From: an uncultured Clostridia bacterium
GTDB lineage: Bacteria > Bacillota_I > Bacilli_A > RF39 > UBA660
Direction of reading: 5' to 3'
Assembly: GCA_947165365.1 (NCBI GenBank)
Contig: CAMVAF010000002.1
Location: 4,895 to 68,894, forward strand
Length of the DNA stretch: 64,000 bases
Made by a program: the position numbers and the translations under genes
The notes under the pieces: generated by a model
Seen by the model: only the letters and a program-made list of their open reading frames with translations
Told to the model about the DNA's origin: nothing
The model's database searches: none
Shown here: piece by piece, positions 1-9,826 of the stretch
Layout: each line of letters begins with the position of its first letter
How positions within the stretch are numbered: the first letter of the stretch is position 1

Positions 1-204
1 TTTATACCATTGTTCCCAATTGTGTAATTAAAAAATATGTTAAAGATGAAAATCTTGTTAAAGAATATTTAAAATTAAAGAAAGAAAAAAAATATACCCA
101 TCCATTATATTATAAAGAAGATATGAACATTAAAAGATGGTTCTATATTAAAGTGGCTTACTTTAATCAAATAAGAAAATTTAAAAAATATTACTAGGAG
201 GACT

Positions 205-888
205 ATGAAAACAGTAGGAGTACTAGGGGGGATGGGTCCAAAAGCAACTGTTTATTTTCAAGATTTAGTAATAGATTATACAAAAGCTAAAACGGATCAA
301 GAAAATATCAATATGATTATCACAAATCATGCCACAATACCAGATAGAACCGCTTATTTAGAGGATAATACTAAAGATAATCCCATTCCATATTTAATAG
401 CAGATGCTAAATTATTACAAAAATGTGGATGTGATTTTCTAGTACTTACATGTAATACCTCTCATTTTGCTTATGATGAAATAATTAAAAATATTAATAT
501 ACCACTTGTTAATATGCCAAAAGAAGTATGTGATATCATAAATAATAATCCAAATATTCATAAAGTAGGTTTAATGGCAACTAAAGGAACCATTGATTCA
601 AAAGTATATGAAAAATATTTAAATAAAGAATTATTTATTGGTGATAATAGTCTAATTAGTAAAGTTATGGATTTAATCTATAATAAAGTAAAATGTGGTA
701 TTAAAGTATCCAAAGAAGAATTTGAAAATGTATTAAATGAATATTTAAATAATGGCTGTGATATTGTAATAACAGGTTGTACAGAACTATCTTGTATCTT
801 AAAAGATAATGACTTATTTAATAATAAATATATCATAGATTCTATGAAGATATTAGCAGATAAAACCATAGAACTAGCTAAGAAGTAG
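205..888 (+). CDS. aspartate/glutamate racemase family protein (Asp racemase-like)
   Basis: N-terminal GVLGGMGP motif and two conserved Cys contexts (TCNTSHF, GCTELS) typical of the Asp/Glu racemase superfamily. An AGGAGG RBS precedes the ATG. Confidence 0.75.
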   Translation: MKTVGVLGGMGPKATVYFQDLVIDYTKAKTDQENINMIITNHATIPDRTAYLEDNTKDNPIPYLIADAKLLQKCGCDFLVLTCNTSHFAYDEIIKNINIPLVNMPKEVCDIINNNPNIHKVGLMATKGTIDSKVYEKYLNKELFIGDNSLISKVMDLIYNKVKCGIKVSKEEFENVLNEYLNNGCDIVITGCTELSCILKDNDLFNNKYIIDSMKILADKTIELAKK

Positions 889-919
889 TTGAAATATACT
901 ACTTTTTTATATGTTTTTT

Positions 920-1000
920 CTAAAAATGTGATTTTTGTAACTGAAAATCTTTCTAAAAATGTGATTTTTTATAGTCAAAAAACCATCTAAAAATGTGATT
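920..1000. repeat. three direct copies of CTAAAAATGTGATT (920-933, 953-966, 987-1000) at 33-34 bp spacing between convergent genes
   Basis: Read directly from the sequence. Each copy contains an AAATGTGAT half-site like those bound by CRP/FNR-type regulators. Confidence 0.6.
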
Positions 1001-1164
1001 AACAAATTTATAAATAAAAATAAAAGTATTAATAGAACAACTGTTTGCAAATTAAAAGGCCATAATAATTAAAAAAAATTGATATAAAAAAAGAGTATAA
1101 TTATAAAAAATTAAAATTCGTAGAAAACCAATATTTAAAATTTTATAAAAAACTCTTTTTTTAA

Positions 1165-1854
1165 TTATTTTTCACTAATAAATCTATTTTGAATAATATT
1201 AATATCATTATCATTAAATCCTAAATAGTGCATATAATTTTGAATATTATTATATTTATTATAAAATAATTCTAATGTCTTTTTCATGTATTTAGCTTTA
1301 CTTCTTCCAATATATTTAGGTAATTTAGGGTTTTGTATATGGAAATTATCAATAAAATCTTTTAAATATATCTCACTTAATGCATAGTTATTAATAATAT
1401 CATCATCACTAACCCCTGCCAGTAATAATAGAATCATACTAATTGCACCAGTTCTATCTTTTCCTAAATTGCAATGAAATAATATTCCAGTATTACTTTT
1501 TAAGATAATATCTATTATTTGTTTAATTTTATCTTTATCATTAATTATTTCCATATATGAAAAAGGAATATCTTTTTCTTTTGGAATATTTTTTCCTTTT
1601 AAAATAACATTATAATACTTAAAATTTTTATTATTCTTAAAATAAGAAGGTTTTTTATTAGTTTCTATTATCTCTCTTAAATCAATAATTGTTAGAATAT
1701 TATTATCTTTAAAATATTGTAATTCCTCATCAGATAATTTTTCTATAACATCACTTCTTATAAAAATATTATTTCTAGTTTTTCGATTATAAATAGTATT
1801 ATATTCACCTAAATCTCTTGTATTAAAAGAATATTTTAAATTAAGATATTTCAT
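1165..1854 (-). CDS. protein-tyrosine phosphatase family protein
   Basis: HCNLGKDRTG matches the CX5R P-loop signature (HCxxGxxRT) of tyrosine phosphatases. Confidence 0.7.
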   Translation of the reverse strand: MKYLNLKYSFNTRDLGEYNTIYNRKTRNNIFIRSDVIEKLSDEELQYFKDNNILTIIDLREIIETNKKPSYFKNNKNFKYYNVILKGKNIPKEKDIPFSYMEIINDKDKIKQIIDIILKSNTGILFHCNLGKDRTGAISMILLLLAGVSDDDIINNYALSEIYLKDFIDNFHIQNPKLPKYIGRSKAKYMKKTLELFYNKYNNIQNYMHYLGFNDNDINIIQNRFISEK

Positions 1855-2186
1855 AATATTATTTCACCTCATTTTCTAATTTCAAGAAAATATAATTCAA
1901 GATAATCATTATAATTAAATATATTTTTATACTAATAAAAACAAATTGCTTTGTCAATATATATAATTGCTATTAATTAAAAAAGTTTACAAATTTAGTA
2001 TTTAATGAATTATTAGATGGAACAAATCATAAATATAGAATCTATATAATAAATAAAGATAAAAAAATAATTATTTTTAAAGCGTTATATAAATTAAAAC
2101 TTGACAATGTTTACTAATTAACTTGTAAAAAGATATTGTAAACATTCTTTTTTTTATATATAATAAAACATGAAAGAGAGGATAAA

Positions 2187-2639
2187 ATGGAATATAAATA
2201 TATATCACAAAATGAAACAGATACAGAAGAGTTAGCGGAAAACCTTGAATCAGAACATTTTCCAAATATGGTAATATGTTTAAATGGAGAATTAGGTAGT
2301 GGAAAAACATTGTTTACTAAAGCATTTGCAAGTGCCTTAGGAATCGAAGAGACTATTACAAGTCCTACTTTTAATATTATAAAAGAATATCAAAATGGTG
2401 AATTACCACTATATCATATGGATGTTTATCGAATTGAAAATAATATTGAAGAACTAGGAATAGAAGAATACTTTGATAAAGGTGGAGTAACTATTATCGA
2501 ATGGGCTGATATGATAGAAAATTATCTTCCTAAAGAAAGATTAGATATCTATTTTAAAGTAACCGGAGAAGAATCAAGATGTTTAGTAATTACACCACAT
2601 GGTAAGAAATATGAAGATATCTGTGAGGCTATTTTATGA
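2187..2639 (+). CDS. tsaE: tRNA t6A37 biosynthesis ATPase TsaE
   Basis: GELGSGKT Walker A motif, ~150 aa, and a 4-bp overlap with downstream tsaB. Confidence 0.85.
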   Translation: MEYKYISQNETDTEELAENLESEHFPNMVICLNGELGSGKTLFTKAFASALGIEETITSPTFNIIKEYQNGELPLYHMDVYRIENNIEELGIEEYFDKGGVTIIEWADMIENYLPKERLDIYFKVTGEESRCLVITPHGKKYEDICEAIL

Positions 2640-3268
2640 TATTTTATATAGATACAACTAGTGATTATTTATATTCTTGTATCTATCAAGATGGTAAAAT
2701 AATTTGTGAAATAAAAAAGAATTTAGGACATAATCTATCAGTTTATTCTGTCGATGAAATAAATAAAATGATGGAAAGTGTTAATATAAAACCCAATGAT
2801 ATTGAAAAAATAATAGTTGTAACAGGACCAGGGTCTTTTACAGGTATTAGAATAGGTGTTACTATTGCTAAAATATTTGCCTATACTCTAAATAAAAAAA
2901 TAACTACGATAACAAGTCTTGATGCGATGGCAAATTCTATTAATACTGATGATTTAATAGTACCTATGATTGATGCAAGACGTGGTTATGTTTATGCTAA
3001 AATAATAGATCATGATAACATCATTATGGAAGATAGTTATCTATCTTTAGAAAAATTATTACTAATACTAAATGGTTTAAATAAAAAATATCAAATAATT
3101 ACCAATAATCATTTTGATTTTGAAACAAAAGAATATTCTCCAAACTTTAAAAAGATTATTGATAAATATAAAGATAAAGAAAACATCAATCCTCATTTAG
3201 TTAATCCAACATATTTTAAATTAACTGAAGCTGAAGAAAATAAAATGAAAGAAGAATCCAATGATTAA
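2636..3268 (+). CDS. tsaB: tRNA t6A37 biosynthesis protein TsaB (YeaZ)
   Basis: VVTGPGSFTGIRIGV motif, plus operon context with tsaE and rimI. Confidence 0.85.
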   Translation: MIFYIDTTSDYLYSCIYQDGKIICEIKKNLGHNLSVYSVDEINKMMESVNIKPNDIEKIIVVTGPGSFTGIRIGVTIAKIFAYTLNKKITTITSLDAMANSINTDDLIVPMIDARRGYVYAKIIDHDNIIMEDSYLSLEKLLLILNGLNKKYQIITNNHFDFETKEYSPNFKKIIDKYKDKENINPHLVNPTYFKLTEAEENKMKEESND

Positions 3269-3653
3269 AGAATTAACTGATAATTATCAAGAAGAATTAT
3301 TAAAAACATTTAATATTGATATTGAAAATGATTTATTAAATAATCCCTTTAGTCATTATTTAATCTATTTAGATAATAATAAAATATTAGGTTACCTAAA
3401 TTATTATTTAATCTATGATAGAGTAGAAATCGCTAATTTTCTAGTACTTAAAGAACATAGAAATAATGGTATAGGAAGTAAATTACTTGATTATTTAATT
3501 AATAACATTGATTATAGTAATATTACTTTAGAAGTAAAAGAAACAAATGATCCAGCAATCAACTTATATTTAAAAAAAGGATTTAATAAAGTAGCTAAAA
3601 GAGAAGGTTATTATAACGGAATAGATGGTATATTAATGGAAAAGAATAAATAA
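3261..3653 (+). CDS. rimI: ribosomal-protein-alanine N-acetyltransferase (GNAT)
   Basis: GNAT acetyl-CoA motif (HRNNGIGSKLL), plus conserved position after tsaB. Confidence 0.7.
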   Translation: MIKELTDNYQEELLKTFNIDIENDLLNNPFSHYLIYLDNNKILGYLNYYLIYDRVEIANFLVLKEHRNNGIGSKLLDYLINNIDYSNITLEVKETNDPAINLYLKKGFNKVAKREGYYNGIDGILMEKNK

Positions 3654-3745
3654 TATTATTTTTATTATTTATTTTTTTTATGATATAAAAATCTTGAAAA
3701 ATGTATAATCATTTAATATAATTAAAATGAAAGGAATTAAAAAAT

Positions 3746-4576
3746 ATGGATAAAGAAAAAAGGAATGCTAAGTTACTACTATCAATAATTATTATCTTAT
3801 TAATTATAACAATTGGAATATGTATATATTTAATTATAAAAAAAGATAACGATAAAAAGACATTAGAATCAAATAATAAAAGTAGTGAAACTACTAAAAA
3901 AACATATGATATTGTTAAAGGAAATGAATATCAAATATTTACTTATTTTGATGGAAAATATGAATTATTTACAACGATAAATCTTGATTATCCCCAAATA
4001 AATTCAAGTGATAATACTATCTCTAATCTAAATAATCAAATAAAAAATAAATTTGATCAAGCCAAATCTTTATATGAAACAAAGTATCAAAAATCAGATG
4101 ATAATTTTTGTAAATTTTGTTATTTAAAAGATGCTGAATACTATTGTAATGAAGAAATAAATGATATCAATTATTTATTACAAGAAGATGATAATTATTT
4201 ATTAATTCGTATTAATAATTTTACAGCACCTGCATGTTCAAGTGGTTATAATGATCTTAAATATTATACATATGATAAGAAAAATAATAAGTTACTTGAT
4301 AATAATGGTATTATTAATGTATTAAAATATGATAATAGTGATATCCAAAATAAATTAAAAACTTATATTGAAAATAGTTATAAAAGTACACCATCCATTA
4401 ATATTAAGAAAACTTTAGATAATCTAAATTCTTCAATGTATTTTATCTTTAATAATCAATTATATATTGTATATAAAGTGGAAGATGAATTAAGTTATCA
4501 TGAAACAGTAATGTATAACGGAAATAATATTGAAAAAGTTAATGAAGATGAATTAATTAAAAAATTATCTAAATAA
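3746..4576 (+). CDS. hypothetical membrane-anchored protein
   Basis: ORF with a good RBS (GGAATTAAAAAATATG) and one N-terminal TM helix. Rest is Asn/Lys-rich. It sits between rimI and tsaD, which are usually contiguous. Confidence 0.4.
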   Translation: MDKEKRNAKLLLSIIIILLIITIGICIYLIIKKDNDKKTLESNNKSSETTKKTYDIVKGNEYQIFTYFDGKYELFTTINLDYPQINSSDNTISNLNNQIKNKFDQAKSLYETKYQKSDDNFCKFCYLKDAEYYCNEEINDINYLLQEDDNYLLIRINNFTAPACSSGYNDLKYYTYDKKNNKLLDNNGIINVLKYDNSDIQNKLKTYIENSYKSTPSINIKKTLDNLNSSMYFIFNNQLYIVYKVEDELSYHETVMYNGNNIEKVNEDELIKKLSK

Positions 4577-4605
4577 AAAGAATCAAAGCGATTCTTTTTT
4601 TATAA

Positions 4606-5106
4606 CTAATAGGTTTTATTAATATTATCTTCATCATTATTTATATAATTTTGAATTTCATTTTCATACATAATTATTAAATTTTTTAAACTAGTATGTA
4701 GTGTTAAGATACCTTTTTCTTCTGTCCAATAACGTAATTCTTTTTTTTGATTTTGATAATCATATTCTATTCCATATTTGTTGAAAATGTTAATTATTAA
4801 AGAAAAAACATTTTCTAGATTGACATCTTTATTATAATCAAACATTAATAGTATTGAATTATATTTATAATTTAATTCATGAACTATATTTTTATTAACA
4901 ACTTTTCGATAATGAATTTTACTTATATCAATAGGTATTTCATAAATGTTATTTATATCATTTTTATCATGAAGATTATTAATCCTTTCCATTATAATTT
5001 TTTTAATAAAATCCTTAAAAAATAAATTAGTATAATTATAAAATTGATTGTAATAATCTAGATTGTTACTATTATTGAAATTTCCCATAAATCCCCTCCA
5101 AAACAC
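4606..5106 (-). CDS. hypothetical protein
   Basis: 166-aa ORF on the minus strand with an RBS-like GGAGGGG upstream. No recognisable motif. Confidence 0.35.
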   Translation of the reverse strand: MFWRGFMGNFNNSNNLDYYNQFYNYTNLFFKDFIKKIIMERINNLHDKNDINNIYEIPIDISKIHYRKVVNKNIVHELNYKYNSILLMFDYNKDVNLENVFSLIINIFNKYGIEYDYQNQKKELRYWTEEKGILTLHTSLKNLIIMYENEIQNYINNDEDNINKTY

Positions 5107-5427
5107 ATATATTATATCAAATTATATATTATAATCAAGAAAAAGTTTATATATAAAAAGTAAAAAAAATAATTAACATATATTTTGATGGGAATAAAGA
5201 TGTTAATGAAAAAAATTAGTAATTCTAATTAGGTAGGTAAAACTATTTAAAATCATACAAATTATATCCAAATGAAATATGTACCATGATGATGAATTTG
5301 TTTTACAATTGGTGATACAAATAAGTTTGTAGATAATTTAATAATAAAGATTTAAATATGATCAAAAAATCTTATTTATTTGACTTTTGTAATAATAATA
5401 GGTAAAATGTTTATGTAATTATTTGAG

Positions 5428-6429
5428 GTGTATATGAAAGATGTATATATATTAGGAATTGAATCAAGTTGTGATGAAACAAGTTTTTCTATCGTTAAAA
5501 ATGGAAGTGTTGAAATAGCGACCGTTATCTCTAGTCAAATAGATATTCATAAAGATTATGGTGGTGTTGTACCAGAAATAGCAAGTAGAGCTCATGTTAA
5601 GAATGTAACTTTTGTTTTAGCAGAATGTTTAGAAAAAGCACATATGACAATGGATGAAATAGACGCTATTGCCGTAAGTTTTGGTCCTGGTCTTGTAGGA
5701 AGTCTATTAGTAGGATTGGAAACTGCAAAAACACTTTGTTGGTTATTTAATAAACCTCTTATTCCGGTAAATCATATCAAAGGACATATTTATGCCAATA
5801 ATTTAGTTAAAAGAATGACTTTTCCATTATTATGTTTAGTAATTAGTGGAGGTCACACAGAACTTATTTATATGGATAAAGATTATAGTTTTAAAAAACT
5901 TGGAAAAACATTAGATGATGCCGTAGGAGAATGTTTTGATAAAGTAGGTAAAGTTATGGATATTAATTATCCCGCAGGACCTGAAATAGATAGACTTGCC
6001 CATTTTGGTAATAGTAGTAAATATCATTTTACAGCACCACTTAATGATGATAGTTATAACTTTAGTTTTAGTGGATTAAAAAGTTCTGTAATTAATTTAG
6101 TTCATAAAGAAAAAGAAATAAATAAAGAAGATTTATTGGCATCTTTTCAAGAGACTGTAATAGAGTCCTTATCAAGAAAAACAATTAAAGCCATGAATGA
6201 ATATAATGTTAAAAATTTTCTTCTTGCTGGTGGTGTATCAGCTAACCGTGGAATAAGAGAAAAATTTAAAAGTATCTGTGAAAATAAAGGAATAGATTAT
6301 ACTTTCCCTGATATTAAGTATTGTACAGATAACGCTGCAATGATAGCAGCAGCAGGATTCTTTGCCTATAAAGAAGGTATTAAAGCTGATTTTACTTTAA
6401 ATGCCAATCCTGGATTAGAAATAGAGTAG
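5428..6429 (+). CDS. tsaD: tRNA N6-adenosine threonylcarbamoyltransferase TsaD
   Basis: N-terminal GIESSCDETS motif and Kae1/Gcp family length. Confidence 0.9.
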   Translation: MYMKDVYILGIESSCDETSFSIVKNGSVEIATVISSQIDIHKDYGGVVPEIASRAHVKNVTFVLAECLEKAHMTMDEIDAIAVSFGPGLVGSLLVGLETAKTLCWLFNKPLIPVNHIKGHIYANNLVKRMTFPLLCLVISGGHTELIYMDKDYSFKKLGKTLDDAVGECFDKVGKVMDINYPAGPEIDRLAHFGNSSKYHFTAPLNDDSYNFSFSGLKSSVINLVHKEKEINKEDLLASFQETVIESLSRKTIKAMNEYNVKNFLLAGGVSANRGIREKFKSICENKGIDYTFPDIKYCTDNAAMIAAAGFFAYKEGIKADFTLNANPGLEIE

Positions 6430-6435
6430 GTAATT

Positions 6436-7290
6436 ATGAAAATAGTAGATAGACAAACTAAAAAAGAATATGAAATGACTTATGATAAATCAGTAAAATT
6501 TCTTTATAATAATGTTTTAGGAAGAGTTATTTTAAAATTAATTAATAACCATTTGGTATCTAAAATAGTAGGAAGTTACATGAATAGTAAATTATCTATT
6601 AAAAGAATAAATAAAACTATTAAAGAAAATAATATTGATATGAGTTTATTTGAAGAAAAAGAATATACTTGTTTTAATGATTTCTTTACAAGAAAGAAAA
6701 AAGATTTAAAAATAGATAAAAATAAAAATCACTTTGTAAGTCCAGCTGATGCTAAATTACTTGCAATAAAACTAGATCAAAATGCACGATTTGATGTAAA
6801 AAAATCTATTTATACCATGAAAGATATTATTGATAAAGATTTATCTCATAAATATCAAAATGGTTATGCTCTAATATTTAGATTAGAAATAACAGATTAT
6901 CATAGATTCCATTTTATTGATAATGGATATCTTGATAAATATAAATATATTAAAGGATGTCTTCATACTGTCCAACCTATTGCTTATAATAAATATAAAG
7001 TGTTTCATACTAATTCTAGAGAATACACCACTCTTCATACCGAAAACTTTGGGGATATCTTAGATATTGATGTAGGTGCCATGATGGTTGGTAAAATAAC
7101 TAATCATTATGACAAAAAGAAATTTGTAAGAGGAGAAGAAAAAGGATACTTTGAATTTGGCGGTTCAACTATTATTCTCTTTGTTGAAGATAAAAAGATT
7201 ATCCTAGATAATGATATATTACTAAACTCTGCTTTAGGTAAAGAAACAATCGTTAAAGTTGGAGAGAAGATAGGAACTAAATATAAATAA
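6436..7290 (+). CDS. psd: phosphatidylserine decarboxylase
   Basis: FEFGGSTIILF self-cleavage motif (GS-T) near the C-terminus, and 284 aa length. Confidence 0.8.
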   Translation: MKIVDRQTKKEYEMTYDKSVKFLYNNVLGRVILKLINNHLVSKIVGSYMNSKLSIKRINKTIKENNIDMSLFEEKEYTCFNDFFTRKKKDLKIDKNKNHFVSPADAKLLAIKLDQNARFDVKKSIYTMKDIIDKDLSHKYQNGYALIFRLEITDYHRFHFIDNGYLDKYKYIKGCLHTVQPIAYNKYKVFHTNSREYTTLHTENFGDILDIDVGAMMVGKITNHYDKKKFVRGEEKGYFEFGGSTIILFVEDKKIILDNDILLNSALGKETIVKVGEKIGTKYK

Positions 7291-7440
7291 TAAAGATTAA
7301 AATGTTAGAATTCTAGCATTTTTTTAAAATTTTCTTGCAAATATTTTAGGTAATAGTATAATGAAACATAGGAATTACTGTTTAAATTAAAAAAGAATAA
7401 AAGAGGTTCTCTCTAGTGTGATAAGCATAAGGAGAGAAAA

Positions 7441-7752
7441 ATGAATTATTTAGAAACCAATAATACTTTTGATAGTATTAAACATACCGATGAATTTGGT
7501 AATGAATTCTGGTATGCCAGAGAATTACAAAAAGTTTTAGATTACAAGAAATGGGAAAATTTTAAAAAGGTTATAGAGTCTGCAAAAAAGGCATGTGAAA
7601 ATAGTGGATATAGCATAAATGAACAATTTCCTGATGTCGGGAAGTTGTCAAAAAGAAATGATAATGCGAATGATTATAAAAATAGTGGATATAGTGTAAA
7701 TGAACATTTTGTCGGCACCGACAAGTTGTCAAAGAAACATATAGTGAAATAA
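7441..7752 (+). CDS. truncated DinD-like protein (DNA-damage-inducible protein D N-terminal domain)
   Basis: FDSIKHTDEFGNEFWYARELQKVLDYKKWENFKKVIESAKKACENSGY closely follows the DinD N-terminal pattern (F..IRH...G.EFWSAR.L..LLDY..W.NF.KV...A..ACE.SG). It is only 103 aa, with an internal NSGYS(I/V)NE(Q/H)F duplication. Confidence 0.5.
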   Translation: MNYLETNNTFDSIKHTDEFGNEFWYARELQKVLDYKKWENFKKVIESAKKACENSGYSINEQFPDVGKLSKRNDNANDYKNSGYSVNEHFVGTDKLSKKHIVK

Positions 7753-7812
7753 AATAATACTTCTAAGGATAACTGAATTTATGTACAATGATATTGAAAG
7801 GAGATAGCGTAT

Positions 7813-8427
7813 ATGAAACAAGAAACAAAACATTTAAAATTAATGAAAGCATATAATAATGATATACAAATTTCAGATATGAACTTAAAAGACAAATTTA
7901 CTGAATTTGAAAATTCAAAACTAAACGAAAGTGAAACATTGTTATACGAAGTAAAAGTAAAACCAACTAGATTTAAAAGGTATTCAAGAGGTCAAATAGT
8001 AAAAGTTAAATTTGGTGTTAATGTTGGAAGTGAATTTTCAGGAGATCACTATGCTATTGTTATTTCAAAACAAGATACGATGCTTAATCCAATACTTCAT
8101 GTTATACCTTTAACCTCTAAGAAACATAATTATAATATAGAATTAGATAATTTATTATATAGTGAAGAAGAAATAAATAAATTAAGAGAGTTATTAACAA
8201 AAGAACACGACAAGAAAGTTATAAAGAAAATAAAAAATTGTATAAATTATTATAGTAATAGAAAAGATAAAGTATCCTACGCTAGTATTAAACATTTAAA
8301 AACAGTAAGTAAACTATCCATCTGTAAACCAATAAATGAATTTGATTATTTAAATAGCATTAAAATTTCAAATGATTTACTGAGAAAAATAGATGAAGAA
8401 ATAGTGAGAGAATATACATTATTATAA
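7813..8427 (+). CDS. PemK/MazF-like domain protein with N- and C-terminal extensions
   Basis: RGQIVKVKFGVNVGSEFSGDHYAIVISKQDTMLNPILHVIPLTSKK matches the MazF/PemK core (RGdIv.vdF....G.E..g.RPalVvS......s..v.vaPiTS). Confidence 0.45.
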   Translation: MKQETKHLKLMKAYNNDIQISDMNLKDKFTEFENSKLNESETLLYEVKVKPTRFKRYSRGQIVKVKFGVNVGSEFSGDHYAIVISKQDTMLNPILHVIPLTSKKHNYNIELDNLLYSEEEINKLRELLTKEHDKKVIKKIKNCINYYSNRKDKVSYASIKHLKTVSKLSICKPINEFDYLNSIKISNDLLRKIDEEIVREYTLL

Positions 8428-8478
8428 AATAGCAATAAATGTTATATAAATCAACTGCATAAAAATAGTTGACATACA

Positions 8479-8600
8479 TAAAATAATATTGTAGAATATA
8501 AATACAAGAGCAGAAATGCTTTTTACGGTATTGTATTACATACAGTACTATGACAAGTGTCGTTAGACATTCTACAAAAGCACCTTTATTGGTGCTTTTT
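8479..8600 (+). ncRNA. candidate small RNA: promoter (TTGACA-17-TAGAAT), ~90-nt transcript, intrinsic terminator
   Basis: -35 at 8479-8484 and -10 at 8502-8507. A GC hairpin (aaagcacc ttta ttggtgctttttt) is at ~8578-8600. No ORF or RBS lies in between. A second, separate promoter (TTGATA...TATAAT) precedes iscS. Confidence 0.35.
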
Positions 8601-8698
8601 TGTGTGTGAAAAGATAGAAAACTAATAAGTTAATATATCTCCTTACTTGATATTATCATTATTTCTTGGTATAATCTTTATGTATTTTGGAGGTCATA

Positions 8699-9823
8699 AT
8701 GGTATATTTAGATTATTCAGCAACAACACCAGTTAATAAAGAAGTATTAGAAAGTTTTAATAAAACATGTCTTGATTATCCAGGTAATCCTAATTCCTTA
8801 CATAAACTTGGATTAGAAGCAAAAAAATTAATGGATGCAGCTACCAGTAAAGTAGCAAAAATATTAAATGTTAAAGAAAATGAAGTGATTTTTACAAGTG
8901 GAGCCAGTGAATCCAATAATCTAGCTATTAAAGGTATTGCAGGTATATCAAGTGGGAAAACAATTATTACAACGAAACTAGAGCACTCTAGTATTCTATC
9001 AACAGTTAATTATTTAAAACAAAATGGTTATACTATTAAATATGTAAAAATAAAAGAAGATGGACAAGTTGATTTAGAAGATTTAGAAAAACTAATCGAT
9101 AAAGATACTATTTTAGTTAGTATTGCGGAAGTAAATAGTGAAATTGGTATAATTCAAAATGTTAATGAAATAGGAAAAATGTTAAAAAAATATGAAAGAG
9201 TCCTATTTCATGTAGATGGAACTCAAGCTATTGGTAAAAAACAAATTAACTTAGAAAACATTGATTTATATAGTTTTTCCGCTCATAAGATCTATGGTCT
9301 AAAAGGAGTGGGTGTATTAGTAAAAAAAGAAAATATTTCACTAATTCCTTTAATTCATGGTGGAAAAAGTCAAACCGTATATCGTTCTGGTACACCAGCG
9401 CTTCCCCTAATTGTATCAACATCTAAAGCCTTATCACTAATGTATGAAGATTTAGATAAAAAAATAGATTATGTTAAAAAACTAAATACAATGTTAAAAG
9501 AAGGCTTAAAAAAAATAGCAAATGTAACTATTAATAGTAATGATAAATGTCTTCCTCATATTGTTAATATTAGTATCAAAAATATTAAACCAGAAACACT
9601 TTTACATTCTCTTGAAGAAGATGAAATATATATATCAACTAAAACAGCATGTTCATCTAATGAATCAGTATCACTTGCAGTATATACATTAACTAAAGAT
9701 ACTGAACTATCTAGTACCTCAATAAGAATTAGTTTATCACATTTAACAAAAGAAGAAGAAATAACTTATTTTTTAGAAAAACTACAAGAAAAAATAAATA
9801 AGTTACAAAGTATAGGAAATTAA
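8699..9823 (+). CDS. cysteine desulfurase (NifS/IscS family, PLP-dependent)
   Basis: SFSAHKIYGLKGVGVL PLP-lysine motif. Start moved to the ATG at 8699 (GGAGGT RBS); the track's first ATG lies inside the RBS. Confidence 0.85.
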   Translation: MVYLDYSATTPVNKEVLESFNKTCLDYPGNPNSLHKLGLEAKKLMDAATSKVAKILNVKENEVIFTSGASESNNLAIKGIAGISSGKTIITTKLEHSSILSTVNYLKQNGYTIKYVKIKEDGQVDLEDLEKLIDKDTILVSIAEVNSEIGIIQNVNEIGKMLKKYERVLFHVDGTQAIGKKQINLENIDLYSFSAHKIYGLKGVGVLVKKENISLIPLIHGGKSQTVYRSGTPALPLIVSTSKALSLMYEDLDKKIDYVKKLNTMLKEGLKKIANVTINSNDKCLPHIVNISIKNIKPETLLHSLEEDEIYISTKTACSSNESVSLAVYTLTKDTELSSTSIRISLSHLTKEEEITYFLEKLQEKINKLQSIGN

Positions 9824-9826
9824 ATT

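Noticed and set aside
678-869. Multiple 60-110-aa antisense or overlapping ORFs in the track (e.g. 678-869-, 2077-2310-, 10702-10902-, 11015-11275-, 11771-11971-, 12155-12361-, 14021-14206+, 14998-15201-, 15238-15438-, 16680-16880-, 21484-21672-, 24582-25239 set, 25387-25572-, 32529-32726-, 36854-37039-, 37361-37597-, 38815-39141-, 39905-40141-, 43069-43314-, 43666-43857-, 44456-44891-, 45797-46033+, 46675-46902+, 48987-49172+, 56810-56995+, 57162-57487 set)
   Set aside because: Each lies entirely inside, and antisense or out of frame to, a well-supported gene. They lack an RBS and have low-complexity composition typical of spurious ORFs in AT-rich DNA.
2100-2145. 9-bp inverted repeat AATGTTTAC...GTAAACATT overlapping the TTGACA of the tsaE promoter
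   Set aside because: It is short and has no associated regulator. It may be an operator but the evidence is insufficient, so it was left unannotated.
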